From assembly GCF_002160065.1 (NCBI RefSeq), contig NZ_NFJW01000006.1:1-32000 (forward strand): a stretch of 32,000 bases of DNA. The letters run 5' to 3'. Position 1 is the stretch's first letter, and the number at the start of each line of letters is the position of its first letter. Source of the stretch: Collinsella sp. An2 (lineage in GTDB: Bacteria > Actinomycetota > Coriobacteriia > Coriobacteriales > Coriobacteriaceae). Positions 15,488 to 24,526 of the stretch are shown piece after piece. The notes below the pieces were generated by a model. The model did no database searches, had not been told where the DNA came from, and worked only from the letters and a program-made list of their open reading frames with translations. The position numbers and the translations under genes are program-made.

Positions 15488-15831
15488 AAGACCCCCTTGA
15501 TTACCTGCGGCAAGCCGCACACCATGCGCACTACGGCCTCGGCGTGCTCGGCAAGCAGGCATCCCAGGCGGCCGGCGTCCTCGCGCCAGGCGCGCTCACC
15601 GGCATCGAGCGGCACCACGCCGCAGCCCACCTCGTCCATGAGCACGGCCCGCTTACCACTCAGCACCCGCGCCGCCTCCTCGGGCGAGAGCGTATGCACA
15701 AGCTGTTCGGCGTGCTCGACGGCAGGGCGCTCGTCCACGCATCCGTTCGACAAGTCTTCCGGACCAAGCCCAAGCCTCGTGCAGGCAAAAGCACGTTTGC
15801 CAGACCCCATCCCGCCCACGATCAAGATCAT
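15484..15831 (-). CDS. Short CobU-like P-loop protein (115 aa)
   Basis: The ATG at 15831 forms an ATGA overlap with the cobS stop. It has the P-loop MILIVGGMGSGKRAFA and a CobU C-terminal block (LMDEVGCGVVP...REDAGRLGCLLAEHAEAVVRMVCGLPQVIKG). It lacks the central YxAT...RIxxH segment. The 207 codons upstream in ORF 15484..16452 are out-of-frame overlap with cobS and were rejected. Confidence 0.65.
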   Translation of the reverse strand: MILIVGGMGSGKRAFACTRLGLGPEDLSNGCVDERPAVEHAEQLVHTLSPEEAARVLSGKRAVLMDEVGCGVVPLDAGERAWREDAGRLGCLLAEHAEAVVRMVCGLPQVIKGVL

Positions 15832-16604
15832 GAGATGCCTCCCAACAGCACGATCACGGCAACCATCGCGAGCTCGTCCCATTGCACGAACCATCCGGCA
15901 AGGTCCCCGGTCACACCGCCGAAGAGGCCAAATGCCATGTGCCGATACCATGCGAATCCCACAAGGCCCACCGCCACGGCGACGGCGCCGACCCAACCGC
16001 CGACACCGATGAGCAGAACCGCAAAGACGACCGCCTGCACGGTGAGCGCGCGACGGACCGACGCCGCGGCATCCGCTCCCCCGGCAAGCGAGGCGGCCAT
16101 GCCCTCGGGGCGGGCCTTTGGCCAGCAAGCGACCGCCACACCCGAAAGCGCACGGGAGAATGCGAAGAGTGGCACGAGAGCGACCGCTTGAAGCACCCCG
16201 GGCCTCCAGCTTGCAGCGAGCGAGAAAAAGAGCAGCAGGTAGCATCCGACCGCCATGACGCCGAAGGCGCCCGCGCGCGGATCCTTCATGATCTCCAGCC
16301 GGTGCGTGCGGTCCGCATAGCTGGCGAGCGCATCGGCCGTGTCGCAGAGCCCGTCCAGGTGAATGCCTCCGTTCACCACCAGGGGCATCGCGGTGAGCAC
16401 GGCCCCTTCGACCAGGGGCGGCACGCCCAGCGCGCCGGCGAGCATCGTCCACGCCGCCATGGTGAGCCCTTGAACCACGCCCACGGCCGGAAAACCTGCC
16501 AGCGCACTGCCCCCGTCCCAGTCGACACGCTCAAGAAGGGCGCGGGGCACCGGAATGCGCGAGAACACCGAAAACGCCGCAGCGACGGCATCGATCAGCT
16601 TCAT
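15828..16604 (-). CDS. cobS: Adenosylcobinamide-GDP ribazoletransferase (cobalamin synthase)
   Basis: Membrane protein with FSRIPVP, GGIHLDGLCDTADA, MKDPRAGAFG and GVTGDLAG motifs typical of CobS. The ATG at 16604 forms an ATGA overlap with the cobU stop. Confidence 0.9.
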   Translation of the reverse strand: MKLIDAVAAAFSVFSRIPVPRALLERVDWDGGSALAGFPAVGVVQGLTMAAWTMLAGALGVPPLVEGAVLTAMPLVVNGGIHLDGLCDTADALASYADRTHRLEIMKDPRAGAFGVMAVGCYLLLFFSLAASWRPGVLQAVALVPLFAFSRALSGVAVACWPKARPEGMAASLAGGADAAASVRRALTVQAVVFAVLLIGVGGWVGAVAVAVGLVGFAWYRHMAFGLFGGVTGDLAGWFVQWDELAMVAVIVLLGGIS

Positions 16605-17170
16605 CGTCCGCGCTCCCTCCACATCTCCTCGTTTCCACGCATCCAGACCGGCAGGCCCACGACGACCTCGACCACCGCGTCGGCCCGCCGTGCCAGCCGA
16701 GCGTTCACCCGCGCGATCGCGCGCTGGTAGCTGACGGTCTCGGGCGCATAGGACACGCCGTCCGAGGCGATGCTGTTCGTAACCACCACGCAGTCCTGTG
16801 CGGCCGCGGCGACGACGTCGATGCCATCGAGAACGGCCTCGACGACGCGGTCTTCCGCAAGCGTGCCTCCGCACGCGACTCCCGCCGAATCCGGTGACCA
16901 AAGCTCGTTTGCCAGCAGGTTGCCCACGTCCTCGACGAGCACGACGTCCGTGGAAGGAACCACCGCCCGCGCGAGGTCGCGCGAGCATTCGAGCAGACGG
17001 AATCCCTTGCCTCGCCTGAGCTCGCGATGCCGTGCGATCCGACGAGCAGCCTCCGTCCCGGCGGCTTCCATGGTCGCCACGTAGAGAACCGTCCCTCCGC
17101 GCGCCGTGCACAGCTCCTCCGCAAAGGCACTCTTACCGCTTGCGGCGCCGCCGATGACCAAGGCCTGCAC
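16601..17170 (-). CDS. cobU: Adenosylcobinamide kinase / adenosylcobinamide-phosphate guanylyltransferase
   Basis: P-loop VIGGAASGKSAFAE, LYVATMEAAG...RIARHRELR (the region holding the guanylyl-histidine in characterised CobU) and a C-terminal RVNARLARRADAVVEVVVGLP block. GTG start at 17170, 1 nt after the cobT stop. Confidence 0.85.
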   Translation of the reverse strand: MQALVIGGAASGKSAFAEELCTARGGTVLYVATMEAAGTEAARRIARHRELRRGKGFRLLECSRDLARAVVPSTDVVLVEDVGNLLANELWSPDSAGVACGGTLAEDRVVEAVLDGIDVVAAAAQDCVVVTNSIASDGVSYAPETVSYQRAIARVNARLARRADAVVEVVVGLPVWMRGNEEMWRERGR

Positions 17171-17171
17171 G

Positions 17172-18314
17172 CTAGCTCAGCTCCTCATAGGCGTCCAGGC
17201 CGCTCTCGTCGAACGTCGCGGCTTCGCGGTAGACCGCAAGCGCCTGGTCGAGAAGCGGCATGAGCGCGACGGCCCCCGTGCCCTCACCCAGGTGCATGCC
17301 GGCTTCGAGCGGCGCCGAGAGCCCCAGCCTTCCCAGAAGCAGACGCGCTGCAGGCTCCGACGAGCAGTGGCTGGCCAGCAGATAGTCCCGCGTGTCCGGT
17401 CGCAGTGCGGAGGCGACAGCCGCCGCCGTACACGAGATGACCCCGTCGAGCACGGCTGGGCATCGTGAGGCGGCGGCACCCAGATAAAAGCCGCACATCG
17501 CGCAGAGGTCGAGACCGCCCACCGAGGCGAGCACGCCCACCGGATCCGCAGGGTCGGGGGCGTTGACCGCAAGGGCACGGGTCACCACGGCGCGCTTCCG
17601 GCGGAGCCCCTCGTCGCTGAGGCCAGCACCGCGACCCACGGCGTCCTCGGGCGCAATGCCCAGCAACGCGCAGGCAACGGCCGCGCTTGTGGTGGTGTTG
17701 CCAATGCCCATCTCGCCGGCGGCGAGCAGGCGGGCGCCGCCCTCTGCAAGCAGACGCGCCACCGTGGCCCCCGCCAGAATCGTCGCAACGGCGCACGAGC
17801 GGCTCATGGCCGGCCCGCATGCGATGTCGGCGGTGCCGCGCACACAGGCAGCATCGTACAACCCCTCACAAGTAAGCTCGCGAGCCAGGCCGACATCGAC
17901 CGGCACGACCGCGCAGCCGGCGACGCGCGCCATGCGGCACACGCTCGCCGCACCTGCGGCCATGTTGCGCGCCGCGGTCCACGTCACGTCCTGGCCGCTT
18001 TGCGACACGCCCTCGGCGACCACGCCGTTATCGGCGATAAAGATCGCCAACGCACGAGGCTCGGACACGACATCCGGCGTGCCCTGGGCGCCCGCCATGC
18101 GCGTGACTGCCTCCTCGAGAAGCCCCAGGCCTCCGAGCGGCTTGGCGACGGAGTCCCAGCGTTCCCGCGCCACGTGCGACGCCTCCCGATCGACCGGTCG
18201 CACCACTTCGAGAAGCGCGCCGAGACGCTCCTCGAGGGCGCCGTCACCCGGCCCGGGCAATGCCGCGGCATCAAAGGCGGCGTGAAACCGTGCCTCGATA
18301 TCCTCAGCTGCCAC
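17172..18314 (-). CDS. cobT: Nicotinate-nucleotide--dimethylbenzimidazole phosphoribosyltransferase
   Basis: WDSVAKPLGGLGLLEE, FIADNGV, GEMGIGNTT and HLGEGTGA motifs typical of CobT. GTG start at 18314 with GGAAGGAGG 5 nt upstream. The longer ORF start at 18413 would overlap cbiA by 110 nt and has no SD. Confidence 0.88.
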   Translation of the reverse strand: MAAEDIEARFHAAFDAAALPGPGDGALEERLGALLEVVRPVDREASHVARERWDSVAKPLGGLGLLEEAVTRMAGAQGTPDVVSEPRALAIFIADNGVVAEGVSQSGQDVTWTAARNMAAGAASVCRMARVAGCAVVPVDVGLARELTCEGLYDAACVRGTADIACGPAMSRSCAVATILAGATVARLLAEGGARLLAAGEMGIGNTTTSAAVACALLGIAPEDAVGRGAGLSDEGLRRKRAVVTRALAVNAPDPADPVGVLASVGGLDLCAMCGFYLGAAASRCPAVLDGVISCTAAAVASALRPDTRDYLLASHCSSEPAARLLLGRLGLSAPLEAGMHLGEGTGAVALMPLLDQALAVYREAATFDESGLDAYEELS

Positions 18315-19692
18315 AGCGGCCTCCTTCCTCGCGATAGCGTGCCTGCGCCCGAACGAAGGCGCGGGCGGCGTCTGGATTCGAGGGATAGTATACGTGCGGG
18401 AAGCCGGCGGCAAGCGTCGGCGTCACGTCCATGCATGCCCAGCCCCGGTTGCGACGCGGCTTTGCCGCCCAGGCGCTGTCCCCTTCGCGCTCGGCACGCC
18501 AGTAGTGAAACTCATGACCTCGCAACACCGTGCCCGCCGGCCCATAGGGACCGGCGCACGCCATCGTGAGCTCTATATAGCCGAAATGGCCAAAGCCGCG
18601 CCCTCGGTAAGCCCCTCCGGGCAGCACCCCTGCCATGGGCCACGAGGTACCTCGGTCGTCGTCGAGGCTCTCGAGCAGGTACAGGTACCCGCCACACTCT
18701 GCGACCGTGGGCATCCCCGCCTTCACGGCTGCGCGGACGGCGGCGCGCATGCCTTCGTTGTCCGACAGCTCCTGCGCGTGGAGCTCGGGATAGCCGCCGG
18801 CAAGATAGAGCCCCGTCACACCCGCCGGCAGCTTCTCGTCGCGCAACGGGCTGAACGAAACAAGCTCCACACCCAGGTCTTCAAGCATGCGCAGGTTCTC
18901 GGCATAGCGAAAACAGAACGCCTCGTCGTCCGCCACGGCGCAACGGAGCCCCTCATAGGGCAGTCGCTCGGTTCGATAGGGAGCAGCGGTGACGGGCGCC
19001 GCGGAGCGTGCCACATCGACGAGGCGCTTGACGTCGAGTGTCTCCTCCAACACGTCCGCCATGGCATCCACCCGCCCGCGCAGGTCCTCGACCTCGTCGG
19101 CACCCACCAGACCAAGGTGGCGGCTTTCCAGCTGAAAGCGGTCGTCCTGCGGAAGGTACCCGAGCACCGGCACGCCCGTCTCGTCCTCGATGGCGCCCGC
19201 GGCATAGCGATACGCCGCCTCGGAGCAGCCGTTCAAGACCACACCGCGCACGCAGGCATCCGATCGGAAGCGGGCGAAGCCGTCGACGAGCGCGGCAAGC
19301 GACAGCGAGGCGCCGCGGGCGGATACCACCAGCACGACGGGGGTATCGGTCAGACGGGCAACGTCGTATGCGCTCGCGTCGGTCGTGCCGGGGGCCATGC
19401 CGTCGTAGAAGCCCATCGCCCCCTCGATGACGGCGATGTCGCTTCCCGCCGCCCCACGGGCCAGAAGGGCACGCAGGTCGGCCGCACTCGAAAAGAAGGC
19501 GTCGAGGTTGCCGGCGGCGACCCCGCTCACGCGGCGATGAAAGCGTTGGTCGATGTAGTCCGGTCCGCACTTGAACGCGGCGGGCCTCAGGCCCGACCGC
19601 TCGAGCAGCCGAATCAGCGCGCAGGTGAAGACGGTCTTACCCGAGGCGCTCGACGGGGCGGACACCATGAGACGTGCGGGAAGCTCGCTCAT
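18304..19692 (-). CDS. cbiA: Cobyrinate a,c-diamide synthase
   Basis: N-terminal SSASGKTVFTCALIRLL and FKCGPDYID, plus a C-terminal glutamine amidotransferase block (ECGGYLYL...GHEFHY), match CbiA/CobB. GAGGAGGAG upstream. ATGA overlap with the cbiET stop. Confidence 0.9.
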   Translation of the reverse strand: MSELPARLMVSAPSSASGKTVFTCALIRLLERSGLRPAAFKCGPDYIDQRFHRRVSGVAAGNLDAFFSSAADLRALLARGAAGSDIAVIEGAMGFYDGMAPGTTDASAYDVARLTDTPVVLVVSARGASLSLAALVDGFARFRSDACVRGVVLNGCSEAAYRYAAGAIEDETGVPVLGYLPQDDRFQLESRHLGLVGADEVEDLRGRVDAMADVLEETLDVKRLVDVARSAAPVTAAPYRTERLPYEGLRCAVADDEAFCFRYAENLRMLEDLGVELVSFSPLRDEKLPAGVTGLYLAGGYPELHAQELSDNEGMRAAVRAAVKAGMPTVAECGGYLYLLESLDDDRGTSWPMAGVLPGGAYRGRGFGHFGYIELTMACAGPYGPAGTVLRGHEFHYWRAEREGDSAWAAKPRRNRGWACMDVTPTLAAGFPHVYYPSNPDAARAFVRAQARYREEGGRCGS

Positions 19693-20939
19693 AGCTCCTC
19701 CTCCGCAACCATGCGCGCCGAGACGACGAAGACGGGATTCAGGGCGCGCATCAGGTCGTGGGAGCCGACGCGACGGGCGCGGGCCACTCCCACCTGCGAC
19801 ACCTCCATGTCGGCAAACCCGGGACCGGATAGGATCGGCAGCGCCGCCGAGAGTGTCTGAAGCGAGATACAGGTGATGCAGACGCGCGGCAGTCCCCCGC
19901 TGGCACGCACGGTGTCCAAGATCTCGGAGAGCTTCCCAGCAGACCCGCCGATAAAGACGGCGTCGGGCGCCGGCAGCCCGCGCAGGGCCTGGGGTGCCTC
20001 GCCCGCCACCACCTCGACGTTGCGCAGCCCGAAAGCGCGAACGTTGGCGTCGATGAGCTCCAGGGCCTCTGACGCCCGCTCTATTGCGAAGACCCGGCCC
20101 GCACGGGCAAGCAGCCCAAGTTCCACCGACACCGAGCCGGTCCCCGCCCCGATGTCATAGGCGATGTCGCCAGATCCGACACGCAGCTTCGCCAAAGCGA
20201 CCGCACGGACCTCCTGCTTGGTCATAGGCACCCGGCCGCGCTCAAAACACTCATCGGGAATGCCCGGGGTCACCCAGGGCCACGCGGTGCGCGACGCGTC
20301 GGCAGCGAAGTCGATGACCATAGCGTTGAGCGGAGCGAAGGAGACATTCACGAACTCGCCGGCGACGCCACGCACGATGCGCTCATCTGGATAGGAGAGC
20401 TGCTCGGCCACCGTCACGGCAGCGTCGCCGCATCCAGCCGCCACGAGCTCGCGGCAGACGGACGCGGGGCCCTCGGAGCCCCCTGTCACCAGAAAGAGCG
20501 TCCCACCGCGCGCCGCCTCGGCAGCAAGGTCGCATGCAGCGCCATGCACGCTTGCAAACCGCCAGTCCTGCCACGGCCTGCCAAGACGCGATGCCAGATA
20601 CGCCGCCGAGCTGATGCCCGGCACCGTCTCCACGGCACAATCCGCAAGCGCCGGCTCGTCCGCAAGGGCGCGCAGCACACCCGCCGCACCCGAGAAGAGC
20701 CCCGTATCTCCGCTCATGAGAACGCAAGCGCGCGACCACGTGGCGTCGCCCGCCAAAAAGGACGCGATGTCGCGAGCACGCACTGCCGCGTGCGCAGCCA
20801 CGCCGTCCGGCAGCGAAGTTCCTTCCAGCAGACGGGGCGACCCCACCGCCACGTCGCATGCACCCAGCGCCGCGCGGGCGCGCTCGGCAAGCAGGTCGGC
20901 GGCGCCAGGACCGCATCCGATTACCGTGACGCTTCTCAT
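19689..20939 (-). CDS. cbiET: Fused cobalt-precorrin-7 C5-methyltransferase / cobalt-precorrin-6B C15-methyltransferase (decarboxylating)
   Basis: The N-terminal half is a tetrapyrrole methylase (VIGCGPG...LMSGDTGLFS). The C-terminal half is a CbiT-like SAM methyltransferase (MTKQEVRAVALAKL...DIGAGTGSVSVE). 416 aa; ATGA overlaps at both ends. Confidence 0.88.
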   Translation of the reverse strand: MRSVTVIGCGPGAADLLAERARAALGACDVAVGSPRLLEGTSLPDGVAAHAAVRARDIASFLAGDATWSRACVLMSGDTGLFSGAAGVLRALADEPALADCAVETVPGISSAAYLASRLGRPWQDWRFASVHGAACDLAAEAARGGTLFLVTGGSEGPASVCRELVAAGCGDAAVTVAEQLSYPDERIVRGVAGEFVNVSFAPLNAMVIDFAADASRTAWPWVTPGIPDECFERGRVPMTKQEVRAVALAKLRVGSGDIAYDIGAGTGSVSVELGLLARAGRVFAIERASEALELIDANVRAFGLRNVEVVAGEAPQALRGLPAPDAVFIGGSAGKLSEILDTVRASGGLPRVCITCISLQTLSAALPILSGPGFADMEVSQVGVARARRVGSHDLMRALNPVFVVSARMVAEEEL

Positions 20940-21673
20940 CGGTCCAGCTCCCGATATCCACGCGGCGTGACCATGCGCCCGCCCTCCAGGCGCGTGGCGG
21001 CGTTGCCCACAAAGATTGTCGTAAACATATCGGCCTCAAACGACCCCAGCTCAGAGAGCGGCAGGGTACCGGCCTCCTCACCGTCACGACCGATGTTGCG
21101 CACCCAGCCGCACACGGTCTCGGGCGCCTTATGAGAAAGCAGCGCCTCCGCCGCGCGGGCCAGGTGGTCCCTGCGCTTCTTGCTGCGGGGGTTATACAAG
21201 CAGACGCACAGGTCTGCCCAGGCACACGCGACAAGCCGCCGCTCGATGACATCCCACGGCGTCAGAAGGTCCGAGAGCGATATGACCGCAAAGTCGTGCC
21301 CCAGCGGAGCACCGAGGCGGGCCGCGCCGCTCTGAGCCGCGGTGACGCCCGCCACGACCTCGACCTCGACCTCAGGATAGTCCGGCGCGAGCTCGAGCAC
21401 GGGCGCGGCCATGCCGTAGACGCCCGCGTCCCCGCTACAGACGAGGGCGCAGGTCGTCCCCGCATCGGCGATCTCGAGCGCACGACGGCAGCGTTCCACC
21501 TCGCGCATCATGGGCGTCGACTCGCATCGCTTACCCGCAACGAGCGGCATTACGAGCTCGAGATAGGCGTTGTAGCCTACCACGGCATCGGCTCGCTCGA
21601 GGGCGGCGCGCGCCTCGTCGGTCATGCCGTCGAGACGCCCCGGCCCGATGCCCACCACATAGAGGGTTCTCAT
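20936..21673 (-). CDS. cbiH: Cobalt-factor III (precorrin-3B) C17-methyltransferase
   Basis: LYVVGIGPGRLDGMT, VVGYNAYL, VCSGDAGVYGMA and the family-typical C-terminus (TTIFVGNAATR) match CbiH/CobJ. Confidence 0.9.
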   Translation of the reverse strand: MRTLYVVGIGPGRLDGMTDEARAALERADAVVGYNAYLELVMPLVAGKRCESTPMMREVERCRRALEIADAGTTCALVCSGDAGVYGMAAPVLELAPDYPEVEVEVVAGVTAAQSGAARLGAPLGHDFAVISLSDLLTPWDVIERRLVACAWADLCVCLYNPRSKKRRDHLARAAEALLSHKAPETVCGWVRNIGRDGEEAGTLPLSELGSFEADMFTTIFVGNAATRLEGGRMVTPRGYRELDR

Positions 21674-22680
21674 GCTTCCTCCTCAAACGAATAGGTCCAG
21701 GTTCGACATGCGAGCGCGACGGTGACGCCGTCCTGCGCGCGCTTGGGCACGATGAGCGCGCCGCCGCCTGCAAGCGCCGCGCGCTCGCACACGTTATCGA
21801 CCCCGCACACCTGCTCCACGAACGGTGACGACGAGACGCTGCCCTCGACGGAGGCGAGCTCGTCCACCCCGTAGAACGCAAGCGGCAATCCCCATGCCTC
21901 GGCCCAGCCGGCCAGACCCTCCTCGTCGCGTTTGAGCTCGATACTCGCCGCAGAGGCAACCGCCGCGCGAGGGACGCACGCCTGTGCGAGCGCGGCCTCG
22001 ACCGCGCGCCCGACCGCCGCGGCCGCGATGCCACGCCGGCATCCGACGCCGACGGTCACCGAGGGCGGCACCAGATGCAGCGCCTTCTCCTCCGCATGCA
22101 CGACAGGGGACATGATCACCTGCGCCTGGTCCCGCGCAACGACACGCTCCAAGCCGCGCGGCAGCTCGCCTTCCAGCACGCCGTCCAGATAGACCGTGAC
22201 GGCATCCCCTGCGAGCAGGCGCGCCGACACACCCTTCACGCGTCCGGGCTCAACGACGGCAAGCCCCGCGTCGTGCGCCCATCCGTCCGGGGACCACACA
22301 CCGCGCACGTCGCTCGCGGTGGTGATGACAGGGGTTGCCCCCACCGCCCGCCCAAGCTGCTCGGCCAGGCGGTTCGCCCCTCCCAGATGCCCCGAGAGCA
22401 GCGAGATGCACCAGGTTCCCCCCTCGTCCATGACCACGACGGCGGGGTCATGCGCCTTTGAGCGCACGTGCGGGGCGATGGCGCGCACGGCGATGCCCAG
22501 AGCGCCCACGAAAAGAAGTGCGTCGGCGTCGGCAAACGCCTCTGCCGTCCACGCCGCAAGCGGGCGCTTGCCCTCGCCAAAGCCGCGGGCGGCCTCACAA
22601 TCCCAGCCGTCGAGCGCACGGCACGCCCGCGACGCCAGCTTCCAGCCGCGCTCGGTAAACGCAATGGCGGCAAGTCTCAT
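21670..22680 (-). CDS. cbiG: Cobalt-precorrin-5A hydrolase
   Basis: Trimmed to the ATG at 22680 (ATGA overlap with the cbiL stop). FVGALGIAVRAIAP, DPAVVVMDE, ISLLSGHLGGAN and a C-terminal VGVGCRRG...ASIELK block match CbiG. The upstream 145 codons of ORF 21670..23115 are out-of-frame overlap with cbiL. Confidence 0.85.
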   Translation of the reverse strand: MRLAAIAFTERGWKLASRACRALDGWDCEAARGFGEGKRPLAAWTAEAFADADALLFVGALGIAVRAIAPHVRSKAHDPAVVVMDEGGTWCISLLSGHLGGANRLAEQLGRAVGATPVITTASDVRGVWSPDGWAHDAGLAVVEPGRVKGVSARLLAGDAVTVYLDGVLEGELPRGLERVVARDQAQVIMSPVVHAEEKALHLVPPSVTVGVGCRRGIAAAAVGRAVEAALAQACVPRAAVASAASIELKRDEEGLAGWAEAWGLPLAFYGVDELASVEGSVSSSPFVEQVCGVDNVCERAALAGGGALIVPKRAQDGVTVALACRTWTYSFEEEA

Positions 22681-23369
22681 GGACGTATCACCAGCGTCGT
22701 GAAGTACGAGCCCTTGTCGGGTGCTTCGTCCAGGTTGCGCACGACAAGCTCCCCCGGCATGCCGCAGTCGGCCACAAGCGACACTCGCTCGTACACCCCG
22801 GCCTCGGCAAGGTCGCGCTTGAGTTCGCCGAGATGCGCCCCGGCCTTCATGACCACCTTGGTGCCCGGCATGGCGAGCGCGTCCGACAGCCCGGCTGCGC
22901 GGGCGGGAACGATATGGAGCGGCTCGCGCTCGGACGGCGTGAGGTCTGCGTCTAGACGAGCCGCCACCGCGCAGAAGCTCGGCACGCCGGGCACGGCATG
23001 CGTCTCGAACCCGGCCGCGCGAACAAGACCGGCGACGCGCTGGAAGGTGGCATAGATGCTCGGATCGCCCAGGTTGAGCAGGGCCACATCGCTGCCCGAG
23101 CCAAGCAGCTCGCAAAGCTCCGCCGCCGCACGCTCGTAGCCCCGGTCCCGTTCGGCGGCGTCCCTGCTCATGGAAAACGACAGCCGGACGATACGCTTAT
23201 CGGCAAGGTCGACGGCCTGGCGCACGATGTCGAGCGCAAGCGTTCCGCCGCCCGACGTCATGGGCGCCGCCACGACGGGGCACGATTGGATGGTGCGCAC
23301 CGCCTTGAAGGTGATGAGCTCAGGGTCTCCCGGCCCCACGCCCACGCCATACAGGATGCCCTTACGCAT
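22677..23369 (-). CDS. cbiL: Cobalt-factor II (precorrin-2) C20-methyltransferase
   Basis: LYGVGVGPGDPELITFKA, LNLGDPSIYATF and PGVPSFCA are tetrapyrrole methylase motifs. Size and position match CbiL/CobI. Confidence 0.88.
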   Translation of the reverse strand: MRKGILYGVGVGPGDPELITFKAVRTIQSCPVVAAPMTSGGGTLALDIVRQAVDLADKRIVRLSFSMSRDAAERDRGYERAAAELCELLGSGSDVALLNLGDPSIYATFQRVAGLVRAAGFETHAVPGVPSFCAVAARLDADLTPSEREPLHIVPARAAGLSDALAMPGTKVVMKAGAHLGELKRDLAEAGVYERVSLVADCGMPGELVVRNLDEAPDKGSYFTTLVIRP

Positions 23370-24522
23370 GATCTCTCCTCATCCGAGCAAGCAGCTCGTC
23401 CACCCCATCGGTGCGGAAGAGCTCGCCGCGCACGTTGCTGAACACAATCGCCGCCACCGTACAGGGTGGTGCCCCATCGGCGCGCGCACGCTCCGCGCGA
23501 TACGCCAGCCTTCGACCAAGGGCCCGGGCAAGGCTCTGCGACACGGGGGCAAGCAGCCCCGCGTCCGCAATCGCGTCGAGCGCGGCGTCGGTGGTCGGCG
23601 ACTCCATGATGGCCCGCGCTACGTCGACCCCAGCGCCCGCAAGGGCAGCGTGGGCCGTCAGCGTCTCAAGCCGGGTGTCGGCTACCTGCGAATGCGTATC
23701 CATGACGCCGGCGGCGACCTTGACCATCTTGCCGATATGCCCGACCACCAGGACGCCCTCGGCCCCCGCATGCACGGCGGCGTCGAGGGCGGCCCCAATA
23801 AAGTTGGAGCATACCACCATCGGAACATCGAGGCGGGGCAAGCTCCGCTCGATATAGGCCTCGCCATAGTTGCCGGGGGTCACCAGCAGATCGCGCGCAC
23901 CGGCGGCAATCGCCTGCGAGACTTCGAGCTCGACGCTGCGGCGCAGGGCGTCAAGGCTGCGCGGCTCGACGATACCGGTGGTCCCCAGAATCGATATGCC
24001 CCCGCGAATGCCGAGGCGCGGGTTGAAGGTCCGCTCGGCGATGCGCTCCCCCTCGGGCGCGGACACCGTGAGCGCAACACCTCCTTCATAGCCGCAAGCT
24101 GCGCAGACCTCCCGTACCGCGGCGGCGATCTGGGCGCGGGGCACAGAGTTTATGGCGGCCTCGCCCACCGGCTGCTCAAGCCCCGGCTGGGTGACGCGCC
24201 CTATACCCTCGCCGCCATCGATCGCAATGCCGTCCCGCGAACGACGCGCCTCGACGTAGATGAGCATGCCGTCGGTCGCGTCCACGTCGTCGCCGCCATC
24301 CTTGCGCACCGCGCAACGCGCAACGCCCGAGGCGACGGTGGAATCGAGCACCTCGGCCTCGACGACGACCCCTCCCGGCGTGGTCACCCATGCCCGCGGA
24401 GGGACGGCGCCGCGCAACAGGCCTGTGCAGGCAGCCTGCGCAGCCAGGGCGGCGCAGGTTCCCGTTGTGTATCCGCAGCGAAGCCTCCGGTTGCCCGACC
24501 AGCGGTACAAATCGAGCGCCAT
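23362..24522 (-). CDS. cbiD: Cobalt-precorrin-5B C1-methyltransferase
   Basis: Trimmed to the ATG at 24522 (MALDLYRWSGNRRLRCGYTTGTCAAL). GISILGTTGIVEP and VGHIGKMVKVAAG are CbiD hallmarks. Confidence 0.9.
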   Translation of the reverse strand: MALDLYRWSGNRRLRCGYTTGTCAALAAQAACTGLLRGAVPPRAWVTTPGGVVVEAEVLDSTVASGVARCAVRKDGGDDVDATDGMLIYVEARRSRDGIAIDGGEGIGRVTQPGLEQPVGEAAINSVPRAQIAAAVREVCAACGYEGGVALTVSAPEGERIAERTFNPRLGIRGGISILGTTGIVEPRSLDALRRSVELEVSQAIAAGARDLLVTPGNYGEAYIERSLPRLDVPMVVCSNFIGAALDAAVHAGAEGVLVVGHIGKMVKVAAGVMDTHSQVADTRLETLTAHAALAGAGVDVARAIMESPTTDAALDAIADAGLLAPVSQSLARALGRRLAYRAERARADGAPPCTVAAIVFSNVRGELFRTDGVDELLARMRRDHA

Positions 24523-24526
24523 GGCC

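Noticed and set aside
14277-16730. Series of long plus-strand ORFs (14277..15344, 14675..16012, 15307..16191, 15882..16730) antisense to cbiB/cobC/cobS
   Set aside because: All are R/P/A/H-rich with no domains, and they overlap minus-strand genes that have strong family motifs and coupled start/stop codons.
15832-17111. Long N-terminal extensions of the ORFs containing cobS (to 17111) and the short cobU-like gene (to 16452)
   Set aside because: The extensions run out of frame through the upstream neighbours and are arginine-rich. Homology to CobS and CobU starts at internal ATGs that form ATGA overlaps with the preceding stops.
18394-19860. 488-aa plus-strand ORF antisense to cbiA (similarly 23170..24882 and 24260..25621 antisense to cbiD/cbiF, and 20383..21252 out of frame in cbiET/cbiH)
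   Set aside because: No recognisable motifs and a GC-artefact composition. The annotated frames carry complete Cbi family signatures.
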